Assembly (NCBI GenBank): GCA_964199315.1
Contig: OZ116712.1
Span: 7,440,001 to 7,504,000 of the forward strand
Length of the DNA stretch: 64,000 bases
Source: Orbicella franksi
Lineage: Eukaryota
Direction of reading: 5' to 3'
This document shows positions 51,211-64,000 of this stretch, one piece after another (position 1 is the first letter of the stretch; each line of letters starts with the position of its first letter). Below the pieces are notes generated by a model that was not told where the DNA came from, ran no database searches, and saw nothing but the letters and a program-made list of their open reading frames with translations. Position numbers and translations under genes: made by a program.

Positions 51211-53091
51211 TCTTTCAAAGGAAGACCTCGTGTGTTTTTGAGGTTTCGATCTTTGTAGATGATAATTCTCGTTCTTCTTTAAGTCAGTAAGAAAAGAAAA
51301 GAGGTAATTTCTGATTTGCACGGGAGTTTCTCGAAAATGACTCCAATTCTTACTGCAAACGAGACTTTTAAAAAGAAGACTTATTCAAATCAAAACTAAT
51401 AGTGGTTTCGTCTCTGATAAACCAAAAACAATACAATATCTTTTATGGTCTCAATAAAATATTTAAGATGAGAACGGAAAACTAAAGCAAATGTAAGCAA
51501 GATCATTTTCTAAAGTCTTCATTAACTTCACTAACTAAATGTTATTGTTGACGAAGACTTTAAATCAGTTTCTTATGATATTCGGGGGTTTAGCTATTTT
51601 ATTGTTTTCTTTTGTACCACGGTTTAGCGCAAATCCCAGCCTATATATAGGTTTTTAATGTGGTTTCTCGCTTGGATTCTCGCCTCACTTTATTTGTTTT
51701 ACAAATGAAAACATTTAAACACACTTTTGTTTGAGTTATGGTTTAGACACCGCGGCTATAAACAAAGGATTAAAGTTCCGTGCAGGTAAATTGTTTAAAT
51801 ATGTCATTTTCTTTAGATCGAACTCGTTATTAGTCAAACATGAAATAAAAACGCCCTCAGAAGCAAGCTGCCCAACGGCACTGTTGCCTATTAAAACTAA
51901 AAATGCCCATATTAGCTCATCGGGTTATTACGGTGTTATTTGGAATTTTCCTAAATTTCCTTTTTTTTCAGACGCAAATAAAAAAACAACCAAAGAAAAA
52001 AAATCAGCAAATTCCTAGTTTACCTGTTCGCCGCCATGTTCGATGGAAATAACCAAATCTTTCAGTGGTTTAGAATTTTCTAACATTCCTTCTCCAACAG
52101 CGCTCATCCGCAAAGTTGTGCAAGTTATTTGACCTACGAGTCTGCAATTGCTAATATTTGACATTAATTTGTGTCTCACGCAAAAGCGAGTGATATCCAG
52201 CACTCTATCAGCATAAATTTAATGCAATACAGTTCATCAACCATTTCAGGTCCATTTGATATTGAGTGGCTATGGCCAAGGTCAAAATTGGAAAAACGCC
52301 AGATTTCAATATCTGAACATTGTAAAACAAATAACAAGGCATTAAAATACTGCTGGATATGTGGTTCTCTTTGGTAACATGGGATTATTTCACCGTTTTA
52401 ATTTACTCGAGGTCTACCTCCTAGGAGTAAGATTATTGAATTAACTGGCCCTGACTCAGTCAACGCCCTTTCAGAGAGCTGATTACGCAATTATTTTTTT
52501 CTGGTCTCTCGCCGTATCGATTAAAGACTGAATAGCATTGTTCATTCACAGACTGCTCAATTAAATTGGCGCTCACTAACAACACAAACAAAGGAACTGA
52601 CTGCTCTTAGCTTGTTTAACAGGGGCAATATTGAAATTCCAGCGGACTTATCAACGAAGTGATCAATGAGACAGCTGTATCCCATAAAGACTTCTAAATC
52701 AGGTCGACGTATTGACAGGTTATTCATATAAACTCCAACTGTTCGATTCTCCATACTCAGTGAATTTGCAAACGAGACTTTGAGCGCGATGCACAACGAG
52801 TTTGCTGTTAAATTCAGAGAGGTCTCTGAAGAGTCTCTTGGTCGAGACGAAGCGCCGCGTCAGGCTTGCCACGAACTATTTTTTCACAAGTATTTGACAA
52901 TTCTTTATTGTATATATTTTTTGTTATGTTGTAAGGATCTGAGAGTTTTGTGGTCCGTTGAGTTAATTAATCAAGAGATCTGTTCTGGTTTCACCTGTTG
53001 GCATGAGCATCTCGCAGGGTCGATTGATCAAAAACTGCAATTTCAATCGATCAATTTTGTTTTCAAACGGCCATTTTTGTTATCAATTAAA

Positions 53092-53309
53092 CAGAGTCGG
53101 CCAGGAATTTTGTAGATTCGGTATACAGGCGGACTTTGAATCTAGCATACGATATTTTGACGCCAAAATTGAGCTTTTGGGGGGGTATAAAGTATACCTT
53201 GTTTTTCCAAGTTTTGGTGTTTCGTATGAATTCGCCGGGAAATTTGGGTATGATGGGTTTTTATTTTCAGTTATATTGGTATACCACTACCCCCCCATGG
53301 CCGACCTTG
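53092..53309. mobile_element. Possible MITE with imperfect TIRs
   Basis: Left end cagagtcggccagg...ggtatac versus right end reverse complement caaggtcggccatgg...ggtatacc. No target-site duplication seen. Confidence 0.35.
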
Positions 53310-56300
53310 ACTAAAGAAGGACAAATGACTCACAATTGATGAAGCAGCCTAGATTCCTCAACCAACCCAATCCCCCCCCCCCCCCCTTCCAGCTCTCATT
53401 CACCTAAATTCGCTTCCGTATACGACCGGGTCTTAAAACCAAGTGGGCTGGCATTACGGCAAAGAGTGCAGTTAGTATTTGTCAACCAATATTTCAACTA
53501 GCAGGGCTAATTCTTCAGGGCCAAGGCCTCAATGAAAGGCAGAAAACCGTGTGAGATAAATTCTACTTATTTTGACCTCTCTTACTAATGATAAAGAATA
53601 TTGCTCAGGTGGCGCTTATACAATTATAATCAAAACATACGAAATCGAACTTCTGTGAAAAGACGTTTTATTAACAGGCTTGGTTCCCACTTATCACCAA
53701 TTTCCACAGGCTCGGAGTTTTTTTTTTTTCTTCTTACTAAACATTTCCCAGTTATAAACATCATATTATTCCTTAAAACAACGTGCAATAACAGTATTGA
53801 CAGTGATCGACGGAAGAAAGTTGGGGGGGGGGGGGACTCTACCCTTTACACTTTAATCTTTAACTCCCAAATGTTTTCATCCCCACATTAATAAAACCCA
53901 GAATTTTAAAAAAGCCCTAAACGCTTCAAATTACTGCTCGATGTCTTTCATACCAAAGGTTAAATACTATAGTTTCGTCAGCGTTACAACCATTCTCAGT
54001 TCTGTACAATAAAAAAAAATGAATAATATGTGACTAAGTCCAAGCAGTCGCTCTGTTTTGAATGCTCTCTACGACCGAGGCTGGTGTCGTGCATAGATGC
54101 AGTAGGTAGAATCAAAAAAGAAAACTTCACGATTTTAATTTGACTCGAGGGAAGAGAGAGTATTAATATGTAATCAAATTTCTCTGTCAGAATGACATCA
54201 TGCGGCGTTATAGCTGTTACCACGAGGTCTCAAACCTGCTTGTAAATAGCTGAAAACCTGAACAAAGAGATCGGGAGAGTGATAACATGAATGATTAATT
54301 GTTAATAGACAACAAATGAGTAAATATACATATTAAATTCGTAGAGCTGGGTATTCAAACTCTTGATTGATGAACTTTTTGTTGACTTCTGAATCAAAAT
54401 CAATCGATCTGCCATTTCCAATTTCAATATCTTATTGCAATGTTAGCGGACAACTCCAAAAAAAAAAATGAACACAAAGTTTGCCTTGATCGTTTGTTCC
54501 TTTCATATTTAAAGTAGCTTGTGGTAACTAAAATCGTCTGTCAGTAGTCTATGATAACGATTGTCTTTAGCTCAGTAAGTGTCTCTTGAAACAGAGTTTA
54601 CAAAAAAGCCTTCATGATGTCCGTTTTACACTGAGAAAAAAAAACTCAGTGGTGTCCGGGTGTCTGTTTTTGGAACAGAAGGTGATTCTTTTGATCTTCG
54701 CTACATAGCGCAAGACATTCTAGTCTATCATTTGGTCACTGCACACATATTTAGGTTTAACCCTGAATAACATAATTCTTGAACTTTTCTCAATCTTTTC
54801 CGTTATTGTATAGCAACTGACTCGTGTCATCTGTCTCAAGCTGTTTAACGCATATTTACACAGTTTAAAATACTACTTTAGTAGCCCCGGTTAGTAACGT
54901 GAATTCTTTCTTCATTTTATTGCAATTGAGAAAAAGGGAGACAGTATTCCTTGTAGGCTAAGATCACGAACAATCTCCAAGGCTTTGTTATTTTTATTTT
55001 GGCTTCGTTTAACTAACAAGATAGTTAACTATTTCAACACCTGAAACAAAAAAGCGAACATGGATTCTCCATGGTGCGGACACTCACAGCCTTTGTAATG
55101 AAAATCACCCCGGCCTATTTTTAATCAACTATGACCGCGGTCGTCTCGATACAGACAGCTTTGTAATTTTCACTCATTTCCTTAATACTTAGAGAGGAGT
55201 TTAAGCACATCAGCACCTGAGAAGTATAAACAAGTTTTCATTATCTGGAACACCCATGGAGTTTGTCGGCCGGTTTGTGTTAATTACTTCACTGATTGTG
55301 ACGTCGTTGACTTCCAATCATGTAGCCAGCGCCAAGCGTCCCGGCTCACACGGCTAGCTGTCTTAATATTAATACCAAGCTCCCCACTCAACTGTGATAT
55401 TAAAGGAAGTTTTACTAGCTATTTCAATACCGGAAATAATCGGCGAACTCCTACGGGGCATGTCTGTTGACTGAACAACCTGTAGTCATTTATTCATACG
55501 CTAGATTCAACAATACAATTGAAGAACCGTTTAACTACCGAGTGAAGTCGATCTGGTTTTTTAGTAAAAACTGTCACCTCTGCCTTTGCCTGCAATATTA
55601 AGTAAAACGAAAATGGAAACAGCGCTCAATCAAGGTAAATGTTAACCGTTCACTAGCTTATCTATAGTAACAGCATATCGGTTAAACCAATAGTTTTTTA
55701 GACTGCAATTATTATAGTTGTTTGTTTATTTGTTTTGTTTTTTTTTAATTCCTTTTTTTATATAGCCAGGTGCCGTAGTGTGAGGTAATATATTTACTGT
55801 TTTCTCAGTGCGTTAGTCGTGATAACTGAAGAAAAAAACGTACAAAACACACAAAAAAGCTGTTAACTTGCGGGCATATATCTTCAATATTAGAAGATAT
55901 GCGATGATTAATACGAGACATTTTTTTGTGTTCCGAGTCGCCTGCAACGGTCCAAACTGACTTATATATCAGTTGACAAAACGCTTATTGCATGCATGGG
56001 TATCTCATCGCGAAATATACAGGTCCAACTGTTTCGTCGACAGCTGAAATGAAAGGATAAACAGAGGAACTTGATTATAGGAACCAAAGTCAGTCCGGAA
56101 TCGCCAATGTATGAAATCATCAATTTATTCAGCCTTTATTTCGATTCACGTTCGCCAAATTGTGGGAACATTAGAAGAAAGCGTTATCATTTTGATCAAT
56201 TCCAATTTTTAACTATTTTCTGGAAACTTCGGAGTACAACATGAAATAAACAATCAAAACAATGAAGTTCTTTTTCTTGAGCGTTTAATGTTTTTGATTA

Positions 56301-59300
56301 AAAACCACACAACAGAACATGGATGAACTTTTAATCCCGGTTTTGCGGCCGGGAGTATATATTTTGTTCATGTGTTTTTATCTGTTAGTAAACCAAGTTG
56401 TGTACGATTTTATCACTGCCAGGCACGGTCTTAGGTTGGCAGATTCTCATTTTTCCAATCTTAAATTTTAGAATAAAATGTCGCTGTATTCTAGCGGAGC
56501 TAAAATTTCATGATATTTGAAATAATTTGAGATTACCGCCACTATTGCAAGTTCTGTTTTTAAAAGGGAACTGTTTAATTCAGTCATGTTGTAATAACTT
56601 GTGTATATCTGCAAAGCAGATGCAACTGGATCACGAAATTGAGTCGAAACTTTCGGAAGCTCTTGGTAAGCTGTCCGAAATCTTCCAACGACTTTATGTT
56701 CGTGAAAAGTTTGTCTCTTTTAAAAAACGGCCAGGGTATAAAAATTTTTTTCCATACACGATTCCTTTGTTCCAGAGGAAATTGCAAGACAAAGACGAAA
56801 TTTCTACCCACGACAAAAATGCCTTGGAAAATTACTTTTCTTTCCTAGAATCGTGTATAATTGCGGAGAAGTTGCTTTCTAATGGCGCCTTTCACATCGC
56901 GATAACCATCGGCGAATTCTCGATACGTTTAGAGGTTTCAAAATTACTTTAATTAGTCCTGACTCGTAAGAGATGGTAAGCGATCGTTATTTCAAAGCCG
57001 GCGTTATAAAAACCGATCAAGGTCTGAGTGGTTTGGAATACCCCCTGTACTTTTCAAATACACTTTTCTTTATCCGAATTTTTTTGTTGTTGTTGTTAAT
57101 TTATTTCCCTAGTTTATTAATGACCGGGAAGAAAAAACAAAACACAAAACTGGAATTTTCGTTTTTCGTTTTTAATATAAGGAATAAATGGAGAAAGATA
57201 ATAGATTTGTTTTCTTAGCGCGATCGAGAGGGTACAACAAAGTTGTTCGAGTGGGTGCCCTTTTCACGTCAAGCTACCACCTGTGATTGGTCTCCGCCGG
57301 CGGGAAAAAACGGAGGCAGTCTGTGCATATTGATTACAACTTGTTTAAACGGTCTTGAATGATGCATGCGTGTTGACTGAACTTAAGGTTGCTGACGGTC
57401 TCGCCAAAAGGCCATAAATTTCTATCAAAATGTTGCCACAGAGACGCGGTGTAATTGAAAACCGTTGAAAAACTTCTGTACGATGCCGGAGTCCGGTACG
57501 CCGATTTGTACCAACAATTGTTCCATTCAAAACTAACGTGAGCTGAGGTGTAAATGATATTTTATAACTCCCGTTTTCTGGCGGCGCAATTGAAAGTCGC
57601 ATTCTTATTTCACCCTAAGTTTCCCTCTTTACGGAAATAACCGGCTCAGAAAATTATCTCACGTTATATTAGCACTTGCTCACACTTAATGTATCGCTTA
57701 CACGCCCACGCGAAATAGAAATATATGCCTGATATCATTTTGGCTTTGGCAAACCCGATACTTACGGAAAAGGATGTTTTACGCAATACCTATATTTTTC
57801 TTTCAGTGGGTTAAAAAAAATATGTAACATATATGCAAGCCTTTTTATGCCATAAGCACGTTTCAAACGAAGTTGACTTTTACAACAGAAATTTGTGAAA
57901 ATATTTCGATGAGCAGATTACCATTAAAAGTGTCTTCGTTATGGAAACTGTTAGCATGAAAGTCAATTCGTGTCTTACTCGTATTTTATCAGAGGTAGAT
58001 CAGCAGAGATGGCGCCCCATAATTGTACAACAGCTTACGTGCTGATACGCACTCTGCACTCTGATTGGTCACGCACAAAGCAGCGCTGTGAGTGGTCGAA
58101 AATAAAGACAATGAAACCCTTTTAACATAATGTAATTGACAGTTGCATTGTCTGTCCTTTGTATGGTATTTTAGTTACCCAGGTAGTAAGAAAACGTGTT
58201 TCTACTTACAACACCTTAGGTGGCGGTTGGTTGGTTTTTATAGGAGTCAAAACGAACTCGCTAAACAGTAGGACAACACTGTGAACACTATCTAACTCCG
58301 CTCCAAATTTTGAGGTGAGATAAAACGGTCGTAATTTTTTACCTGTGAGTGGGAACTGTTTTCGGAGCAATTCTGTGTGATGATTTTATTCAGTGTTCTA
58401 GCTATGAATATGTAAGATTGCAACGTTGTTACTGATACTTTGCTTTGCTTTCGAATGAAAATTCGGCGCGAAGAATCGAGCAATCCGCAACTTAAATTTA
58501 TACCTTTTTTTTTTTACTTGGTTGTATATTTTGTGTCTGTCTGTTGGCCAGTTCTTTAAAGAACTCAGCCAGCAAACTTTCCGTAGAGATCGAGAGAGAG
58601 AGAAAAAATAGCAATTTGAGTGAGTGAGTCTGTCGTTGTTATTTCAGTTTACCTTAAAAATCGTATGCCAGCGAATTCACAATGTGTGCTCCTCATGCAA
58701 AATAAGCGGCGATTTAAAATTTCGAATTTTTGCATTCTATAGATAAATTCCGCTTTGGAACAGCTTTGCAAAATAATTTGGCAAAGAAATATTTATTTTC
58801 GTGACTTTTTGGAGCGCGTTGATCTATCTGTTTAACCTCGAAGTGTACTCTTTTGTATAATGTTACGGTTAAAAGTAATCGAATATTCTGGGTCGTGGAT
58901 CGTGGAATATGTACACTTAAAAACAGCTCGCTATTTTTAGCTGTCTGTGGCATGAAATTATGTTCACGCGAAAATCTTGGGCAGCTTTTCACAGCTTCGA
59001 TAACTCGATATGTTGTTAAAGAGGTATCCGTTACTTTAGAATAAATTATTTACAGATCGAATTATCTATTTTCGTGTTGTTCCAACCTGGAAAACTTCAG
59101 TTGCTATTTTTGTAACACCCAAGAAATGATATGTAATCGAAGACGGCCCTGTTAACTCGATAAGCAACTTCCGACTAAATTGTACAGTACTGTTACTCGA
59201 TGCGAACCAATACGGCCACTAGTTGATATGCATTTTTCTTCGCCCAGTGATTAACACACTGTTGCAATATGGCTTCGTATCTTGTAGAATTGTCTCTTTA

Positions 59301-61080
59301 GTAAATAATGCTCTCTTGGACAATAAAATTAGAAGAACTATTTTGGGTTTAACAGAGAGGAAGAAATCTGTATTAGTGAGGCTAAACCATCAAGTACGTA
59401 TGGCCTTGGATTGTTATTGTTTTACGAAATTAAGAAAGAGCGAGTTTAATCGAAGAACATCACTACGAGCTATCGTTTGCCAGCGACTTGAGCAAAGTCC
59501 GCAAAGTGTGTGACTTTTTTGCCATCGCGTGTGCGTACAAAGGTACATCGCGTGGTCTTAGACCCATGTTCAGCCAAACGTGACCATTCGGCTGAAACCA
59601 ATCGATCGCACTTGCATAGCACGGTGTCATCAGACCGGCCGCACGCGCTCAGAATTTCTGTTTCATCACGATTAAACAGGGCTCCGTAAGCTGTGCGACA
59701 CACTGGCAGACTGTGTATCAAGTTAAAAGACGCAGGGCTTGTTTTGTTCGCAGGATACAGTACACAGCTGGCGCGGAGTTTTTATTACACGAAGAAGAAA
59801 CGGTTTAATGCACTCGCGCGCGTGGGAAGCCCATTCAAAACCACCCTGCTGGATACCATTCAAAAACACTGTTAAGATATCACGTTCGCAACATTGTCGT
59901 TGAAACAACCAGTGAACGATTGCATAACGGAAAGGTTTCCTTGCGCGAAAGAATAACATTAGCCGTTTGTATAACGCAGTACGTGAGCATTCGATAAACT
60001 TTAGGACGTCGCAGGTCAAACCTTCAGATTATGAGGGTGTTGGCCGTAAGCCCGATATGTTAATACCGGATCTATTGGTTGTACTTTCTCTGTTCTTTCT
60101 TTAGCTGATGGCGTGTTACTTGAGCATACCCAAGAAAAATAAACAAGCACTGCCGAGAAGTGTAAACATTTACTTAGTCGATTATGTGTCAGACACTTTG
60201 TTAAGTACAAGATATGGCAGTCAGGTTTAATCTGCTGAAATATCCATGTACGTGAGCCGGATTAGAGTACGCGAAATAGGATCAGTTTCAGTGAGCATTG
60301 AACTCTCTTGTACTCCATGGTTTCTCTTTTGGAACTGAAAACAATTTTTCCTGAATACAACGCGTTGCTCGGTTACATCAGCTCCTTCTAATGTAACAAA
60401 AACGACCCGAAAACATTGTTTTCAGTCTTCTTAAAGTTCCTATTAAGAATTTTATCTCTTTTGCCCCGGAGGTAAGATTGAAAATTTGAAAGTCAAATTT
60501 TGGTCAAATGGTAGATACGCGCTTTAGCAAGTCGTAAATGCTTTACTATTTACATCAGCTGTCGTTTCAACACAATTTCGGTTAACTAGAGTGATCTGTG
60601 TTTTTTTTTCTAGAAGTGCTCTCTCTCTTAACTAGTCCATGGGGCAAAAGTAATAAAAGTGAGCGATTGAGCTCTCAATTTAATAGAAAGTCGCATCTAC
60701 ATCCATATGGGCAACCATTAACACAAAAACACAAAAGACTACTTCGCTACATGGGTAGGAAATGATATTCAGAGATACAGGCCGGGAAAATACAGTAATT
60801 AGCCTTCGAATAGGAATGAAACTGTATGTGAATTTATGATAGCTTTTTTAATTAAAACTCTTGGAATATTACTGTCGTGGCTTTTGAGATGGGTAAGTTT
60901 GTTTCATTTTATCGATCTCATTTCGAAACTGCGTCCTTGAAGGAAGGAATTGTTCCCTTTTGGAGAGTGTAACAAAGGTAAATTTCAAAGTTAAAATGAG
61001 TGTTCTGAACAAAAATGACATTGCGTGATCGACATGATAACAAGAAATTTCAATTTGGTGAATATTAAGGCAAGAATCCA

Positions 61081-61471
61081 AAACGTCTCGGAAGGAGGCT
61101 GTTAACATGAGCATTGTTAATTGTGCCGTGTTTAAGAGTTTTCAGCAACATTGAAACCACAAGCGAAAAGTCACGAGATTTTCCTGAATTTTTGATTTAT
61201 GGGAGGCTGTACGTTAAATCTCAAAATATCAGGTTTTACTACGTAAAAAAATGTCAAATGTTTCAGTTTAAAACTGTGCCTGTTTAGGAAATAAAATTTC
61301 AATCCAAAAGAAGAAAATTGCTTGAAGATTGGCACCGAGGCGGTGTTGTTTAAAAACCAAACAGAACGCATTGATTTTGGTGAAGTCTGTAGAGAAGATC
61401 GTTTTTGTCAAAACAAGGCAATTTGTATTGATACCATAAACAGCTATTGTAGGTCGTCCTGTTCTTTGTAA
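61081..61471 (+). pseudogene. Decayed signal peptide + PAN/apple-like + EGF-like gene fragment
   Basis: RRLLT*ALLIVPCLRVFS (signal-like), then NIETT...GRLYVKSQNIRFYYVK, a frameshift in the A7 run (61245-61251), then NVKCFSLKLCLFRK*NFNPKEENCL (PAN-like) and EVCREDRFCQNKAICIDTINSYC (61382-61450). The last part matches the EGF pattern C..CQN.A.CID..NSY.C. Confidence 0.45.
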
Positions 61472-63390
61472 AAGGTTCTTCCAAACATTTGGGACTCAGT
61501 CAGTTTATTTCAAAGCGCACTCCATTGAATCTAGCTGTTTAGTGATGACATTTAAGCGCTGGAACAACATAAAACTGCGAGATATTGATTTATGTAATGG
61601 AAGAAGTAATAATGTTTGGTATATTTAAGAGCCAAGTTTGTTGTTCTCGAAAGGTTTTGTAAAATATGTGTGCTTTCTTGTTGTTTCAATCTTGTTTTAG
61701 AATGTCAAAAGGACGTTTATTAACAACAAAAGCGCAAAGACATCTGTTTTTGCTTTAATAAAACCTCTGTGAATCAAAAACAGTTACGCGACGCGAAAAC
61801 AAGATTCGCCAGGATTTAGCGCAAAATCTTACAACAATTACAAATTGTTGTCTTGGGAGAAATTTCGCGTATATTTTTAGATTGCAACGCTACCGAAATA
61901 TATTTCAGGGGCTTAATATAACGCCCAAAACTGATTATAAAATCTTGTTTTTGTAGTGTGTGATGATTACAACGATTTTGGGTTCGATAAAAGGTCGTGT
62001 CATACAGAATAGATTTCATGAAACGGCCGGGAACACAATATGACACAAGAATGTCTCGTCAATCACGATCTACTTGGGAAAATATTTTTAAAGCTTGCTA
62101 AGTTTTCATCTTTTGTAGCTGCATCGATTCCGCATAGCGTTTTGAACAGTACAGGAAAACCATTCAATCGCTAGATGTTCTTAAAGGGTTTATACGTATA
62201 ATTACCGCACGCGAGCATAGCGAAATATACATCAATACACCAATGAAACATTTCCGAAGCAAAAATGCCAGGAATTAGAAACATAGAGGTCGTCCACGAA
62301 TTTGTTTTTCAAATGTCAGTCGCTAAGCAGATTGTAGATATTTAGCGTCACATTTTTTTTTTGATGTAATCAATGGGAAACATGTTTTGAAACTACCGTG
62401 GTATGACTCTCGACCTGCTCCGAAAACAACCGTTTCCGATGAAGGATTCGCTAACAGTTAATACTCTAAAGCATGCTTTATTTCCACGTTTGGATATTTT
62501 AGCATTTTCTCATAGGAAACAGGAAGAGATTAAACTGGAAACTTCGATGGACACTTTTTTTTTTCCCCTCAAAGCTCCGTATACTTTGAGGTCTTTTAAA
62601 GACTAGTTTGTATAATTTCCGATAACAGACGGATTTTTACGTTCTAAAAAAACTTTTAACAGTTCCTCTGTTACCTTTAAACTTGTATAGTAGACCAGTT
62701 AATTTTGAACTGCGTGTCAAGTCATATATGACTGGGATAAAGTGCGACGGATTTGAACGTTGCTCAACTCCACTGAAACGTAAAGCATTTGCACTAACCG
62801 AAGGCCGGGTTTTCAGTTATGCAACTCCAAACATGTACGCACATGTATCCAGTCTCTTCTGTATCATCTCAGAAATCTTTGAAATGTCAAGGACGTTTTG
62901 CGAGAATTAAATGACCTTTTAAAGCATTTAAAACGCTTAACAATATATATTCTTTGTCCAGTTATAACTTCGAGTATGTTTGGTATTTGTGCGGTTACGA
63001 CACCAAATTTAGTTTCAAAATATCTTTAAAAAGCGACATTCGGTAAATTCCATCTACGTCCTATTATGAAATTAACAGAATGATGTAACATTTTCCTAGC
63101 CTCTTGGCCTTCTGTGTGTTTTTCCTGTGCTTTGCTGACTTGTTTTCTGAGACGTGCTACTTTGTTGGCAATATTTTTAGGAGGCAATGCTCCGCTTACC
63201 CCAACTATACGTCAATTCGTTCGGTTTTGACAATAACCTGGTCGGAATTCAAACAAAATCTATTTGATCTTATCAAAACATTGGGCTGAATAGCTTATAT
63301 CTTCGGTTTACAATGACTTTTGTTATTAATTCTTACCTGTTTGTTCAGGTTTATAGTCCGATAAATTTTCTGCGATTATCGGATTGTTTC

Positions 63391-63432
63391 TTTTGTTTTG
63401 TTTTGTTTTGTTTTGTTGTTGTTGTTGTTTTT
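63391..63432. repeat. (TTTTG)n/(TTG)n simple repeat
   Basis: Directly visible. Confidence 0.85.
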
Positions 63433-64000
63433 TATTGCCTTCTTGTATTCCGAGAAACTTCGGCAAATAACTAGAAAAGCATGAGGAACGGCGAAACGAA
63501 ACGGGTCCCTCTGAGAACATAAAATAAGCAAAGAAAACAAGTCATCCTACATCATTAAAAGGTCATTCAAGACTTGGAGGTTTTTCGGCTGTAATAACAA
63601 CCCTGGATGTATGTAAAGCGATCAAATTCAGTCAATCTTTTAAGCTGCAGTTGAAGACAAAAATACTTCAGATCTTTCCTAATATAGCTTTTTTAAACTC
63701 GATATTCGCAGACATTACAGTTCAGCTAATCTGCGCTAGCATACCTCCAGAATACAGTGCATGGTTAGTGTCGATAACGAATATGGCCAATTTTTAACTA
63801 ATCTTCGTCCTGCTCGAAAGCTTGATTCTCTTGAGTTGTTATTGCCTTATATTAGTTTTAAGGATAGCTTTGAGTATTTGGAAGCGCGTGAAGAAAGCAT
63901 TTCTTCATTGATTTTCATGGCATCTTTCCACTTCACAATGTGTTGTTAAGGGTGAAATTCAAAGATTTCCTTCGCTCCTCAAAGTTAAAGAATTAATATT

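Noticed and set aside
53372-53835. C15 and G13 runs in inverted arrangement
   Set aside because: Complementarity does not extend beyond the homopolymers; such runs are common at repeat ends.
57345-57602. ENGSYKISFTPQ...LNGTIVG, faintly filamin/Ig-like
   Set aside because: Spacing is too short for a filamin repeat, there is no GSPF motif, and no splice support.

Overview
AT-rich eukaryotic (animal) genomic DNA with spliceosomal introns, so most short ORFs in the supplied track are noise. The repeat types (tRNA-derived SINE, ~220-bp MITEs, a ~105-110-bp repeat) resemble what I recall from anthozoan cnidarian (stony coral-like) genomes; this is recollection, not a database result. Two genes are well supported, both on the minus strand. 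(1) A complete three-coding-exon DMRT (doublesex/mab-3) transcription factor: exons 8840-8522, 8426-8328 and 8062-7278, phase-1 introns, 400 aa, with a DM domain, a DMA domain and an unusual C-terminal CxxC-x10-CxxC zinc ribbon. (2) The first two coding exons of a myotrophin-like ankyrin protein (1928-1860, 1492-1379); the remaining exons were not found in the window. The ~55 kb upstream of the DMRT start is gene-poor. It holds a candidate small secreted-protein gene and a possible paralogous ORF (13.0-14.1 kb), a decayed plus-strand coding remnant (~11.7-12.4 kb), a Crypton/DUF3504-like remnant (27.2 kb), a decayed signal peptide-PAN-EGF-like gene (61.1-61.5 kb), several local tandem duplications and dispersed repeats. 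A cluster of four DM-type binding cores (ACAWTGT) lies ~1.8 kb downstream of the DMRT stop. No CRISPR array, rRNA or true tRNA gene was seen.
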